Origin: Ascidiella aspersa
Lineage: Eukaryota
Assembly: GCA_963924565.1 (NCBI GenBank)
Contig: OZ004610.1
Location: 29,636,001-29,700,000, forward strand
Reading direction: 5' to 3'
Length of the DNA: 64,000 nt
Under the pieces are notes generated by a model. It saw only the letters and a program-made list of their open reading frames with translations. It was not told where the DNA came from and did not search any database. Numbering within the stretch: the stretch's first letter is position 1; each line of letters begins with the position of its first letter. Shown in pieces: positions 22,501-35,803 of the stretch. Position numbers and translations under genes: made by a program.

Positions 22501-25500
22501 TCGTTAAACCGATACACTTATCTTATACTGACAAACCTTAAATAAATTTAAGTGCTTGTCGTTTGCAAATTCAACGTTTATTTGTGGTGAGACATCATAT
22601 CAGCATTATGGCGTCCGTATCCTTAAGAGACGTGTTTGTCATATAAACCCTACAATCTTATAGCGAAATAAGTGCTTTGGACGAAAGTCTTGAGATCCCT
22701 GGATCGAATCGCACTTTAGGCCAACGCAAGGTTTCTCCTGTAGGATATATTAGGTTTATTATCGCACTCTCAACTGTTTTGTGTGAAAAGGTAACCGACA
22801 AATAATGCCCTTGACAGCTCATACCCGTCAAACACCTTGTTTTGTCATTCTACCTTGCTTTTGCAGCAGGAGGAGGATTCCATCATTCTTGAAACGTGCC
22901 CATACGCCATTTTCCGGCACTTCAACCAAACAGAGTTGATATTGTTTTACGTTGGCGCCTATGTGGCCGGCAACCCGGCGCTGATGAGCCCCGAATTCGA
23001 TGTAAGCCTTTCCCAAAGCTCTCTCGAAAGTTCGTAACGTGATCTGCTGAAGATGAAAACGATAGTGATTCCGTTCGGGCGTGTAAGAGGCGACGCGCGT
23101 CGCGGACAAAGTCGCCTCTTGTTTAATCCCCACTTAAGGCAGGTAACATGTCGACCGCAAGTCTAAATATCTCGAGTGCTTCTGCCTTTGCTGCTGCTTA
23201 TGCTGTCGAAGTTCTCTGTGATGTCATAGTGGGGAGCGCGCGCGTGCAAGATGGCGCGGAGCCGCCAGTGGACACTTCACTTTGGCAGAGGTTAAGAGCT
23301 TGTTTTTAACATAGTAACTTCATATTGCTTGAAAGTATTCTTTAGTTGCAAGACATGACGAAAACATAATTTACAAGAATAGAACCGAATGTCACTTTGC
23401 CTATAGTCGATGGCTTTCTTCGGTTTTTATGTCCTATTTTAGGCTTTTACTGTATATACTTTCTAGAGAGTAAAATTTGCGTTTTTACGTGTTTATTTTT
23501 TTTAAATATTGAAAAAGTGTAGTTTTTATATGTTTCCTGGATGCAATAGGCTAGTTTTTGTACGATCTACTCATTGTTTACCATAAAGCAAATTTTCATT
23601 TATCTCTACTGATAGTTATTCTTTTTTTTGTAAATTGTTTGCGACCCTTGCAAAATGGCTGACAAAAAGCTTTGCAGCTGCGGTTCAACGTTTAATACGA
23701 TGTTGCGGCCTGCGGTGAATCACAAGGATGTACTACAGCACTTACCATTGACGCAGACGCTTAGTCTAATGCACTTACGGGACATGGCACCTCTTTTACC
23801 TGGTATTTGCCCTTAACTCCTTTGCACTTTTGTTAGTAATGTTTTGCTAAGAAACGCCGTGAATATTGGAGGATACTCTACAACTTGTTTTTTTGATTGT
23901 TTGCAATAATAAAAGAGTCATCTATATTCTATAAGTTGTACATACAAGTGCGATGCAACAAAACCTAACCATGAAACTCAGGTTTAAGTGTTGTTTAAAT
24001 TAGCAACTATACGGTAAATTGTTTTTTCACTCCAACTGTAACAGAAGTTCGAAGTTTAGCGAGAAAATGGACAATATTAAACAAGTTTTGATACTTTTAT
24101 GATATGAAATAAAGTTATATTCACTATATGCAGTATATGTCAACAAAATTGCTCTTCTGTTGTAGGGTTATCAAAACAACTTAGATCCCACAACATACAA
24201 AACGACCCCAACTTGAGAAACAAATAAAACAAGACTACATTAACCCACATGTAATAGTTAAAAAAAGATAAAAGAAAGAAATAGATTATACGAACGAAGC
24301 TTTTGTTTATTTCAACAACCATGCCGAGTTCAACTTTGTATGTGGTTTGGCATGTAGACAAAAACGCCAAACGAAGTTGCCTGGCATTTGTCTGTTTTCG
24401 AGGTAGCAGCTTAATTCGCACGCACTTTGGATTATCAGGTGTGTAATTGCGCGGTTAAACCCGCATGTTGTACTTGAAGGTGTTGCGATGTTGTTTTTCG
24501 ATGTATCGAATTCCTGCGGGTTGTAAGCTGAAAAGGAGATTTATTTAAAACGCAAAACGCCTAACGTTCAAACTAAATGACGACTGTGAAACAGTCATGT
24601 AAAGTCCATACTCAAATAATCCACTTCTGAACTTTGTAATCCTTTCATAAAGGCTGTGTGTACACAAAGCTTAGATAAAAACAGTTACCAGTGCTATATT
24701 TTAAAGGTATGCGTTTTACCATTTCGTTTGAAATCTTGGCGTTTAGTAAATTTTCAGTATGTTTTTGTTTCTTTTGATTGTGAGCTCAAATTATTATGTT
24801 ACAGTAGAACTGTGTTATCTTTATGATCTGTTGGGGCAAACACAATAATGACGCTATTTCTATATGTTTCCTATACCGATGTTTAAACCTAAAAATTACC
24901 CCTATTTTTTGACAGCTAAGCAGTCAAGTTTGACAATCATGACTTAAACGGTGTCTTTGAATTGCGATTTGCCCCTTCTGTTTTCCTTTAGCTGCGAACG
25001 ACCGCCGAGATATCTCTTTACCACGATCGGCGGTAACAGTTTGCAACAAGCATTATCGGTAATTTATGTGCGTCATAGAAGCTCGCTATTGCGTCACTAT
25101 GGGGCTTCATATACCGGTTTAAAAAGTGTGAGAATTGTTAATCGCCAAGCTGTAGCTATAATCACAGCAATCAACAGATTGCGTTTATATTATCAAAACC
25201 CCCAAAATTACAATCTTACTACAGCTTTTAAGTAACTCTTTGTGTGGACCTACGTACGATTGGCCAGGTGATTTTATGTCCTTGCTTGGTAGTGCTTTGC
25301 TGATACAACTTTCGAACATTGTTTTTCGAAACAGTTGCAAGATTGCAGTTGTTTATGCTTTTCAAACGTCGTGTAACAATGATAGCATTTGTATGAAAAC
25401 TTTATGTTTTTCGGCTTAACCTTGAGAATTTGTCCACAATGCTTCACGACTACGTATAGGACGAATTTATTACTACTTCTCCTTTCCTTTATATTAAAAT

Positions 25501-28500
25501 AACACTTTACATAGCAAAGCATATAGGCTTTTGCTGCTTGTTCGTGTGGAACAAAAGAAAACAATCAATGGTCGTATTTTGCGGGTAAGAATGACAATGT
25601 TTCTTGCATCGCTGGACAAACCAAGTAAGTCATAGCGATTTCATCGACGTTTGAAAAGCGTTTTTCGCAGTTGCAGCTAAACGCAATATGTATTGCTAAA
25701 CAGTCTGCAAATGAAGTGACAATACGCACAGCCGGAACTAATCCTATGAAGTCGGCAACGTGTGTCAGCAGTAATCGAGGAATGAAATCGGCCTGTTGAC
25801 GCACAAAGAGCGTGCGAGGTCCTTCTGATAAAGGTCGAACGCCAAGGCGCTTAAAAAATCTATTGGTGAAAACCTGCCCCTACACATTTCGGCAAACCCC
25901 GACGAACCACAGTAAATTGGTTGCTCGTTTGACGCACAGAGGTTGCCGTAACGAATCGGGAATTTTTTGTTCTTTCCAACAACAGAAACGCACATTACTT
26001 TTTTTTCCCCCCTAAATCTGCACAAGCTTATCAACGCGGTGCTTTTTCAAAGTCTGATATTTCACGAGCTTTGCAGATAAGCGAACTCTATTTCGGTCAA
26101 AGATCCTGTCAGTCTCCCACTTAACGATTTTGCGCGGTTGGTAGTTTGGGTTCTTTGAGCGGTCTTTTAAATAAAATTTTACGCGTGATTTTTTGATATA
26201 AAATCGTCAAAGGTGTTACTCTATAATAAAATATTGTTTACATTAGACTCGCATTCGTTTTTTTTGAAAATAAGTTGTTATTCTTATCTATGGTCAATCT
26301 ACGAAGTTCCCATATTTATACCATGTACTTCAGCTCATTAAGATCAATTACAAGTTCAATTCTGTTAAAATTTTAATCGGCAAACTATATTTAGTATTCA
26401 GAATAGAAAAAAAATGAATAACGAATCTACAGTGAGTACACTGCACTTATTTGCCTAAAATAGCCTTGGTTCGGAGTGATATTGTTCATTGTGGGGACAA
26501 ATGCGCAAATGGGCGGTGTTGTACTACTATTTTAGTAAAGTTCGTTGAAACCGTTGCTGACTTGAACGTAATTTACGTAGGACAGGTTTATGGTCAACAA
26601 GGTCACGTGTATTTCATCGAATGCGCCCAGACAATGCGCCATTGTGATGTCTGCATCGTCGCTTCTTCTGCATGTTTACTTTCGAATATCGCCTCTCAGT
26701 CTGAAATTTGCCCGAGGATTTTCATGCAACTTTGAAGCCTGGATTACAGCAATAAATCAAAACTTTATGGAGGACGTTTCCAGCAGGCTCCTTACCGACC
26801 GGTGCTTTTTGGGAGCGGCCCTTTAAATAACAATAGCCTAATTTGCCAACCTTATACTTTAAGTTAATGGGCTGTTTCGAACTCCTATTGAAGGTTGTGT
26901 AATTACTATCACGAACTGAAATCTAATTAATTTTTTCCCATAGGTTGCGAAGGAAGGCCCAAGCCTTCAAGATGTGTAAGTATCTTGAAGGAAATTATCA
27001 CTGGCGCCAGTAATTTGCTTGACTTTTACGATATCTTAAATGTATTACCTAATCCGTGACGCAATATCAACACGTTTATTTCTGGCTATAAATAGATGTG
27101 AAGTCATATGTAGCGATGTCGATTACAAATTTAAAGCTCTCTTTCTTGTTTTTTTATTTTAATCAAAAGAACAAAAATGTCTAGGTTGAATGGTTGGTTG
27201 ACCTACACCAAGAGTCTATAGGTTCAGTATACTAAGATCTGCCTCATTTTATGATCATTGATCACACTTTCAACTCAGATTTTAATCTGTTAACAACGTA
27301 ATAGCCAAATAAATACACGCACAACTCTTTGGAAAGGATTTCATTGCAAGATACCGCGAAATGAAATCACCGCCTACCTGCCGCACAATGACGTCACGTA
27401 CTCCGATCTGCATCGGCGCAATTATGACGTCACAGTGCAGGGCGTCGGTTGTCGACCGCCGCGATACCACGGGAGGGTCGTGAAGCACCGCGTTACGGTG
27501 TAGTACTCCGTTAGTACGTGATGTCCGGCACATGAGTGGTTTTACGACAGATGGACCTTTGTTTTACTGATAAATATAAATTATTGTCAAATATGGATAA
27601 ACCTGCTGACAAAGATTTTGTTCACTCTATACTCTACTCCGTGATTCTTAAAAAAATGGTTTAACCTTTCGTTATTTTGTAAAAATAACCTGTTTGTGTT
27701 ACAAACCCGAATACAAGCAAACATGCTGGATTCATATGCACACAATCTGTTTCAAAAACTGATAATACTAAAACGTTTAACTGTTTCTTGCAAAAAATCT
27801 ATTATGGAGTTTGTTATAAAATCGTTGTTTTGTAGAAAGTATGCCGCAAACAATTTTTTTTAACTGTGAAAAGTTGGAGAACCATTTTTATAGTCTGCAC
27901 TTTACGGATACGTATGATATTCTGGCATTTACAGTAAACTAAAATTTCAAGTTTACAACAACTTAAAACTATAGAACCTGTATCATATAAAAAATGTATT
28001 TTCCCAATTGGGATGTTTAAAAAAAAGTTGTATCTTTCGGTACACTTAAAGAATTTTTTTTGTACTTTTTGCCGAGGCTGTAAGTTCGCTGAACATGCAC
28101 TTGGGTCATCGTTTTTTTTTTCTTTGCACTAAAGAAAAATGAAAATACATATGACTAACGTAATACTATATCTCTTTCGGTTGTCTTTAAAAGCAAGCGT
28201 CATATTTCAGAGGAAACTTTCTTTTGCTCGCGTCAGCGCCTTGCAAATGGACGTTTGTGATTTCAGCGTCTTGCGCTGGTCGTTCGGGTCAATGCATTTC
28301 CACTGAGGGCAGCGGTTGCGTTACGCGCTGCTCTGTAGGCTTCATGATTCGCACACTTAAAACTGTTAACAAAGTCCTTTACGTAAATGCGGTAATCCAC
28401 AAGATGAGGCGATGTCCGCTAATAGAACATATGTTTGTTATCTGTTCTTATAAATGTAAAATTCGTGGTTTGTATACCCAATATTGCACAAGCGGACCAC

Positions 28501-31500
28501 TTTTTATTTTCTTCATTCTCTACATTATTAGTATTATACGGTTTCATAGGTATGCCAATATGCCATATACGTATAGTAATGATGTGAAAACAAACAATTT
28601 GATCTTAATTGCATTATTGATAATGATAGATAGCAACGGACGCAATGTAGCATTTTGATCTGTTGCTATAGTTGTTCGTACGAAGAGTTATATACATGAG
28701 TATCTCAGTTGTAGGCGTGGTGGTTTTAGTATCGTCCAAGTCGTAATTTCAAACCATACCCTTAATGGGAACACAATGCAAATTCCCATTAGAGACCATG
28801 TCCATTGTCCATTCACGTCTAATTTTTCCAGCTGTTTTTTCAGCCCTTTAAATTATATGTCCGGTGTTAAAATTGGTAAATTAGTTTGAATGTTTACGCT
28901 TAACCGGAGGGTGTACAACGTATACCGTTCTGCAGTTCATACAAACCCTAATGACACTTCTGGTCTCCTTGAGACAAATATTATTGTGCCAAAGGACTCA
29001 ATGTTGTTATTAAACTGTTATGACTCAATAAAGGTCGCGGAGATATTGCTGTAAATTGCACGTCCTTATGCAGTTTAGGACATCGTAAACAAGCATTAAA
29101 CCGTATATCGCACACCTTCTCAATACGTTCAGCGACAGTTAATATGCGTTTAATGTTTGTGCTGTTATGACGAACGTCAGACGCTGCCAACGATTGCCGC
29201 ACTGCTGGAGAAGGTAAACAGTCTTCTCCGTGTCCCACATTTTACAACTTGGTAAAACTCTTTTCACAACTTTGATAAAAACATGAAATTCTTTACTTGT
29301 GCCATCTTACGCACGCATCGGTCTTATTGATGCCAGTGCGTCCACAATCGGACCCTTAATGTAAGTTTAAAGACGTGATACCAATCGCAATCTTACACCT
29401 TCTGCTACACGTTCGCGCGCCTAGCATGACTAATGCATTAGCACAACGTACATTGTCGTAGTAGTCTTCAAGGTAATTCCATAAATAAACATATAAATCG
29501 TGGTTCTCGTTAGAAGAAACATCAAAGTCCGTGTTGACATGGGCATGGTATTTCTAAACTAAACAATTTCGGTATCTACGCTTTAAATGGCAACTGCTAA
29601 ATGGCTTCAGTAAACTATTGATCATGTTTGTTGTGTTTTACATAGACCTAATAGAATCACAAGATTATAGAATTGGGTTAAAATTATTTATTGTCACTTT
29701 ACTAAAACAGTGTTTTTTTTTCGAGAATAATAGTTGGAGGTTGTAGTAAAACGTAATAAGAATATTAAAGCCCATTCTGAAGTATCATTTTGAACAATCC
29801 AAATAACTTCTTATTCATTTTCAAGATAGGTGTTATTTCGATTTTTTGACTCAAGTTTTTTATTCGTTAAAAGAGTACTAAAAATGCATTCTTTCGAAGA
29901 CAAAAATACCTCTGCCCGCTTTAATGCACACAAGATACGTAACGCAATAGATTTAAGCGATTTGACTTTGGTCCCACTGGACGAAAGCGCAAACGTTCCT
30001 TCGAGCGAACTTGAGAATGTTCTGGAAAGTAAACATGACATTCTGTTTCCAAATCTCACTCGTTTTCGACATTAACACGGCCGATAAAGGCTATCGTGTA
30101 GGCCGCGTCACTCCGTAAACACGGGCGATAAAATCCATTTGGCCTAAACGCGTTGCCATTTTGGGACCGGTCCGGCGGCAGACCTCCGAGGAATGCGACA
30201 CGCGCCATTTTTTCAGAAATATTTACCGCCGCGGGCCATTCACCTGAATGTGGATCGGGGCGCGGCCCGAATAGGCCAAACGCGTGCCCGGCGACAAAAT
30301 CACCCCCAGCAGCAAGGCGTGACGTCACGAGTTACTTTAGCGCAAGTTGCGAAGTTTGTTGACGCTCTCACTTTTGCGACAAAATTAGTAACTGGAATGG
30401 CATAACCTGACACGTTCTCGTTACGCTCGATGTTGACTTGACTGTGTAAGATATGAAAACACTATATCTCAAAGGGATGGGCGGTTATATTTTGACCTGC
30501 GTCGCTTACCCGTCGCACGTATCGCATTTTTTCCGCGATTAAATCACGCCCCATTCAACATTGCGTCGCGGTGTGCGTAGCGACCGCCAAACGGGTGCAT
30601 GTTTGGTTTTGCTCGGGCGTCCCTGAATAGTCGGGCGGTTTAGACGCTAGCGAGGCGCGGTCCCCTGTTTTTTGCCCCCGCGTTCGGGATCGGACGCCTT
30701 TAGGGAGAAAGTGCCCCCCGTGTGCGACAAGCCGTATCACGCGCGCGACGCAATGCGTTCGAAATAACATCTTGACGCGAGCGGCAATTTTTAAACATTA
30801 CTTTGCGGCTATTTTGTTTCTTTAGACTTGGAGTTTCGCGAACCTGCGCCTGTGTGTTGCATTGGACGCATACCTCGATCATTATCGCGTTGCCCCGGTC
30901 GGTTTCGGCTGCTATACACAATGGGTATTTTGCGAATGGTATTTTCGTGCAAATTTCAGGTCACATGAATGATCATTTTCCCTTTTAATCTTTCGCACCT
31001 TTATGCGTACCTTCGTCGTATGTAACTACAAAATTGTTATAACCTAAAGGAAATTTTGACAAGCTGTTCGCATACGCATGATTTTGTGCTTGTCTCTTAT
31101 ATCCATAAATCGATTTCAGCAAGAAATGAAACCATTTTCTCTGATGTGTAAAATTTTATGGTACAAGAAAGAAATTTATGGTACAAATCGCAAGAAGAGT
31201 GTATCACGAATAAAACGACTTTCATCTAACCAACGTTACTCCCAATGCTTCGTTGCCTCAATTTCAGCAGAAACCCCGGCGTCAAAGATCAACATCAATT
31301 TAAAATAAACGACTTTATACTTACAAGTAATGCAATCATGTTATGCTCCAGTGTGACATTTTGTTAAGAAATGGAGATTTAGACACTTATAGTAAGGAGC
31401 CGATTCTTCCGCAGTGACTTTATTTCACGCAAAATAAAGCGTATAGGCCCGCTTCAAATTAAAAAAAAATCCAGGGTGTGTTTGACATCTCACTTACCAA

Positions 31501-32767
31501 ATCTCGATAACACTTAGAATCATATTTAAACTATAAAGTAGTCCCCTCTTGAAATTCTAAAAACGATTCGCGCGCGCCCATTTATTCACGACCCAGGGTC
31601 GCTGCGCTGTTTATCACCCCACTTACGCACCCAGGAAACCCAGCCCCGCACCGATTTGGGGCGATTTAGTAAACAGACCCACATCCCTGCCCGAAGCGAT
31701 TATATCGCCTTAGAGCTAAATCTACCACCTGCTATTTAGGGCCCGGTCTTTTCGGTTCGCCACCAGCTCTGTATAGAGACTTCTGATTGGCTGAGCGCGG
31801 TCACGTGACTGCCTTCTTGCTGCCACCAAAACAACTTGCAGACTCCCTGAATTCCGCGCCCTGTCAGTCTTGTGGGAAAGTAGGCGGCGCACCTAGAAAC
31901 AGATTGAAATTCACACACATTTTCTGCCCGATTAGCCTTGCGAAATTTGTCAGTAAACAGCTCCAGCCTGCAAACGCTGTTTTTACAAACAATCTTAATA
32001 ACTCATTGCTCGACGACTGTGCGATAAATTGAGCTTTTCGCAGTTTTTGCAAACGAGTTATCCCCAACAACCAATGGAAAAAGCGACTCAGGTTTAGCAG
32101 TGGTATGTGATCAAGATTGATCATCATTAGGAAAACCCTTTGCCCTGAGTTTAACGATCTGAATTTCCCCTGTAGCCTATTGAGACACATTCAGCTCTTA
32201 AAAGAACAAATGAAACATAAAGCTTTAATTTATATTTTGTGATTTTGTGTTAAAAGACAAACCATCTATGTCAGATGGAACACAATCATATAATTATACT
32301 TTTAACTGTAGGAAGACTTGCTAGGTGACACTGAACGATGATTGGGGTTGTCTTTGATTGATGAAAAGTTTTGACACGCTAATCTTTACGCAACCCACTT
32401 ACACATGGACACACCCCGTTCTACCCCCATAAACAACACCCTAATGGATTTGTGGGTGACTTTTTTGTTTCCACATGACCCGATTATGGTGATTGGGCGT
32501 TTTTTTACGAATGAAGATTAACTAGAAGATCTATTTTAGGCTTTCGGTATTTCCTGAGGTGTACTATTGACTTAGTGGCAAATTCCAAGCAACACCTAAT
32601 TCATGGCTCCATAAATCAAAGTAGCTTTCGCAAAATAAGCGTCTATCTTTGGCATTTCAAGTAAATTCTGGTAAACAGTTGTAGTGTAACCTATAGTAGA
32701 CGAAACTGAAACAGTAAAAATATGGTTATTTTGTCAAGAGGTAATTGCGGTTGGGTAGAAATTATAG

Positions 32768-32880
32768 CCCCATTTGTCCTTCAAAATGATGTATGTCAGA
32801 AGTTCTGCCAAAAATTGTTTTTTCCCCATTTGTCCTTCAGAATGATGTATGTCAGAAGTTCTGCCAAAAATTGTTTTTTT
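32768..32880. repeat. Tandem duplication, ~56-bp unit, 2 copies
   Basis: cccatttgtccttca.aatgatgtatgtcagaagttctgccaaaaattgttttt occurs twice, nearly identical. Confidence 0.9.
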
Positions 32881-33251
32881 TAACCGAGCGTTATTTGCTT
32901 TAAATTGAGAAAAGCTACAATATGTTACTAGATTTAGAAAACAGGTATAATCTATACGTAACTAGATTATATGATCTACGAAACAAATTGGAAAAATGTG
33001 TTGCTTGGAGCGGTTATTTATTAGCGTTGTGCAGATTTCGAAGCATTGACAGTTATGACTGGACTTGAAGTTTTTTTTTTGTTAAACGGCTGCTTTTCAT
33101 ATAATCTCAGTCGTTTATGTAAGCATTTAACCTACTAATTTTTTGGTTGAAGTACAGTTTTGAACCGGTTTACATATGCCATCATCACAACGACCAGTCA
33201 CCAGCGCCAACTTATTACGTGACCCTTTGCTTGAAAGATTAGCACTTGTAT

Positions 33252-33266
33252 TGCCATCTAGTGGTC
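33252..33266 (-). promoter_or_regulatory. CTCF-like motif
   Basis: TGCCATCTAGTGGTC (reverse complement GACCACTAGATGGCA) matches the CTCF core CCAC/GYAGRKGGCR. Motif match only. Confidence 0.4.
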
Positions 33267-34741
33267 AAAACGCAATGAATCATTTCCCAACAGAAGCACT
33301 TTGTTGACTTGACTGAAGTGTAGTTTTGCTGCCCAGTTCATTCGCAAATTGTGTCATAATAATCTATCAACATTCTTTGGGTTTTCAACAAGGGTGAGTT
33401 ATTTGATCTTATAACGCCACGCGGCTCTTGCGCTTTCTAGTGAAGGCTATACATAGGATGGAACTTCACCATCACTCCAGTTTTTAAATCTTCCCGATTC
33501 CCAGATCTGGCTCTGTCAATCTGTTCAGGGCCAAATCCGTACACAAGCGCCCACTAAAAATAGAAAGCGATCGCGAGGCCTCACTCTGTTTAGCTGTAAT
33601 TGGCCGAAACTTGAACACCCTCGGGGTTGTTTACGCCCGTTTGTCTTGCCTTCTTCACACAAAATCAAAAAGATTGTGCAGTCGCCGGGCAATTTCGCGT
33701 GGTGTTTTTTCGCAGTTGCTGACTTTAGGTTGATGCCGTCAAATCCGAACCCCGGATTGCTAATCACTCGTCAGTGATCCAGCCAAGTAGCTGTCGGTAT
33801 CTGTCAGCGCGCTTACCGGTCCGACGCCCAATCCGTGCAGCCCTTTGTTTCAGCACGTTCGCATTTCGCAATCTCCAGAAACCCATTCAACCCTTCAGAA
33901 GGTTCCCCCTTTTTTACGCACTTTCAACAGCCAAGCCTTTTCCTATAGTCGGTTTTCGGCAGCCGTAAATAGAGCTTGAACACGGTTCAGGCGCTGCTTT
34001 AAGGTTTTCTACACACCCTTAAGTTGGGATTAAAGACTTAGTCCCGATATTTTTTTATTTATAGATCGTAAAAATATAAATTATGTCAATTTATATGGAT
34101 GATTCATCTATGTTAAAAGCAAACAAATCCGAAATTTCCCCGGTTTTTCTATTTGTAGTTAAATCTTTGTCTGTATATAACTGTTGAAATGTGTTGCCAG
34201 TCGTACGTTTAACCTTAGCTCTTCTCGGCAATTATACTTTGTACATGATATGCCTCCAATTTTATTTGTTAAAAGAATCCACGCTAAGATTTTTTGTGTG
34301 CATTTTGCGTATAGAATTTGTGTCAGCAACGTTCCCTGTAGTTTTAACTGGTGTTCTACCTATTGCAGTTTGGTCGAAGCGCGACCAAGATTGTGCAACA
34401 TTTTCTGCCGCCGCGCCAAAACGCGAAAACAAATCTCTCCAGCCGATTTCAGCACTTTCATGCCCTCGGCAAATGTTTACGCGCCGGCTTAAGGCCGCTT
34501 AATCGCCAAATCCCGAGTGGATTTGGGGTCGAACTTCGACTTTATTTAACCAAATTGGCAGCGCCCGCCAAGATCGCTAATCGCCTGTTGGATGACGCAC
34601 GGCGCGCTTTCGCGGGGGATAATTCGGTCGCGCGCCGCTGCTTCCATTGTTCCGACCTTTTGGCTGCTGCAAGTGAGGCTGAGATAACCTCCAGCTGCAG
34701 CGTGCATAACGGTAAATATTTGCAAGCGCTATGGCCCAGTG

Positions 34742-35211
34742 CATAGGCGTAGCCAGGAGGGGACACAGGGGCCATGCCCCCCAAAACAATTTATAAATAT
34801 TTTACTCTTAATAATTTGTTTTGTAGCATCTATGAGCAGTGCCACAAAAGTCGACCATAGGCATGCCACACCTTCAATTGTCATGCACTGTTACGTCACA
34901 ATCGATGTTGTTTATTATTACGTTTGCTATACTTATTAATTGTAGAATTGAAACAATGCCTGACAGCAACAGCCATTTCATTTATACTTATTAATGTAGA
35001 TTTTCTATTTTTTAGTCATTTTGTTTTTGTCTTTTAATGGTTTTTAAGTATTGCATTAAAACTCAGTCAGTTGCTGCTCGAAACAGTATACTAACTTTTT
35101 TATTTGTGTTCGATAGGGCAGTTTATACAATGGTAAAAGCTAAAGAAAAAAAGTTCAAACTTTGTGCCCCCCCCCCCCTTCCCCATAATAATTCGGCTGA
35201 CTTCGCTATTG
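34742..35211. mobile_element. hAT-like MITE (CATAGGCGTAGCC terminus)
   Basis: Perfect 8-bp TSD gcccagtg (34734-34741 and 35212-35219), G/C-run subtermini (ggggccatgcccccc, tgccccccc) and a degenerate right TIR. Confidence 0.8.
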
Positions 35212-35494
35212 GCCCAGTGTTGCTTTCGCTCGAGGGGGCGTTCCAAGTGTTGTTTTTTTTCGGTGCGTGCTGAAACCGAAAAACCTGTCGACGTTTGGTC
35301 CGACTAATTCCCCGCAAGCTTTTCGTGTGTACCGACCTCCCAAGAATGTGTTAAAATTAGGTCGGATTTTTAGGAGCGTTACCCTAACTGGTTTATCTTT
35401 TCCTTACCAACGCGGAATTTTAGGTGGGAATTTAGTTGACGTAAAGTTCATGAAGTATGTTTAGTTTCATATGAAAACCCGGTGAAAAATTCGT

Positions 35495-35803
35495 GAAAAA
35501 ATAGCTATTTTGTATTAACGTTACTAAACGCATTTCGCGAATCAACGAATAAATGACTGATGAATGACTTGACGAATATTTGATGAGAGCCTTACACTTA
35601 TGAGAGCCTTAGAGAAGCTTGCTGTATCACCAAATGAAGTACAATTTTCGAAAAAAATAGCTATTATCTATTACCGTTACTAAACGCATTTCGCGAATCA
35701 ACGAATAAATGACTGATGAATGACTTGACGATTTTTTTATCAGAGCTTGAGACTTATGAGAACCTTAAAGAAGCTAACTGTATCGCCAAATTAAGTACAA
35801 TTC
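35495..35803. repeat. Tandem duplication, ~154-bp unit, 2 copies
   Basis: cgttactaaacgcatttcgcgaatcaacgaataaatgactgatgaatgacttgacga is repeated exactly, with similar flanks. Confidence 0.9.

Noticed and set aside
22869-23001. Exon-like segment (ttttgcag ... gat/GTAAGC) encoding QEEDSIILETCPYAIFRHFN...
   Set aside because: No recognisable similarity, and no partner exons could be supported.
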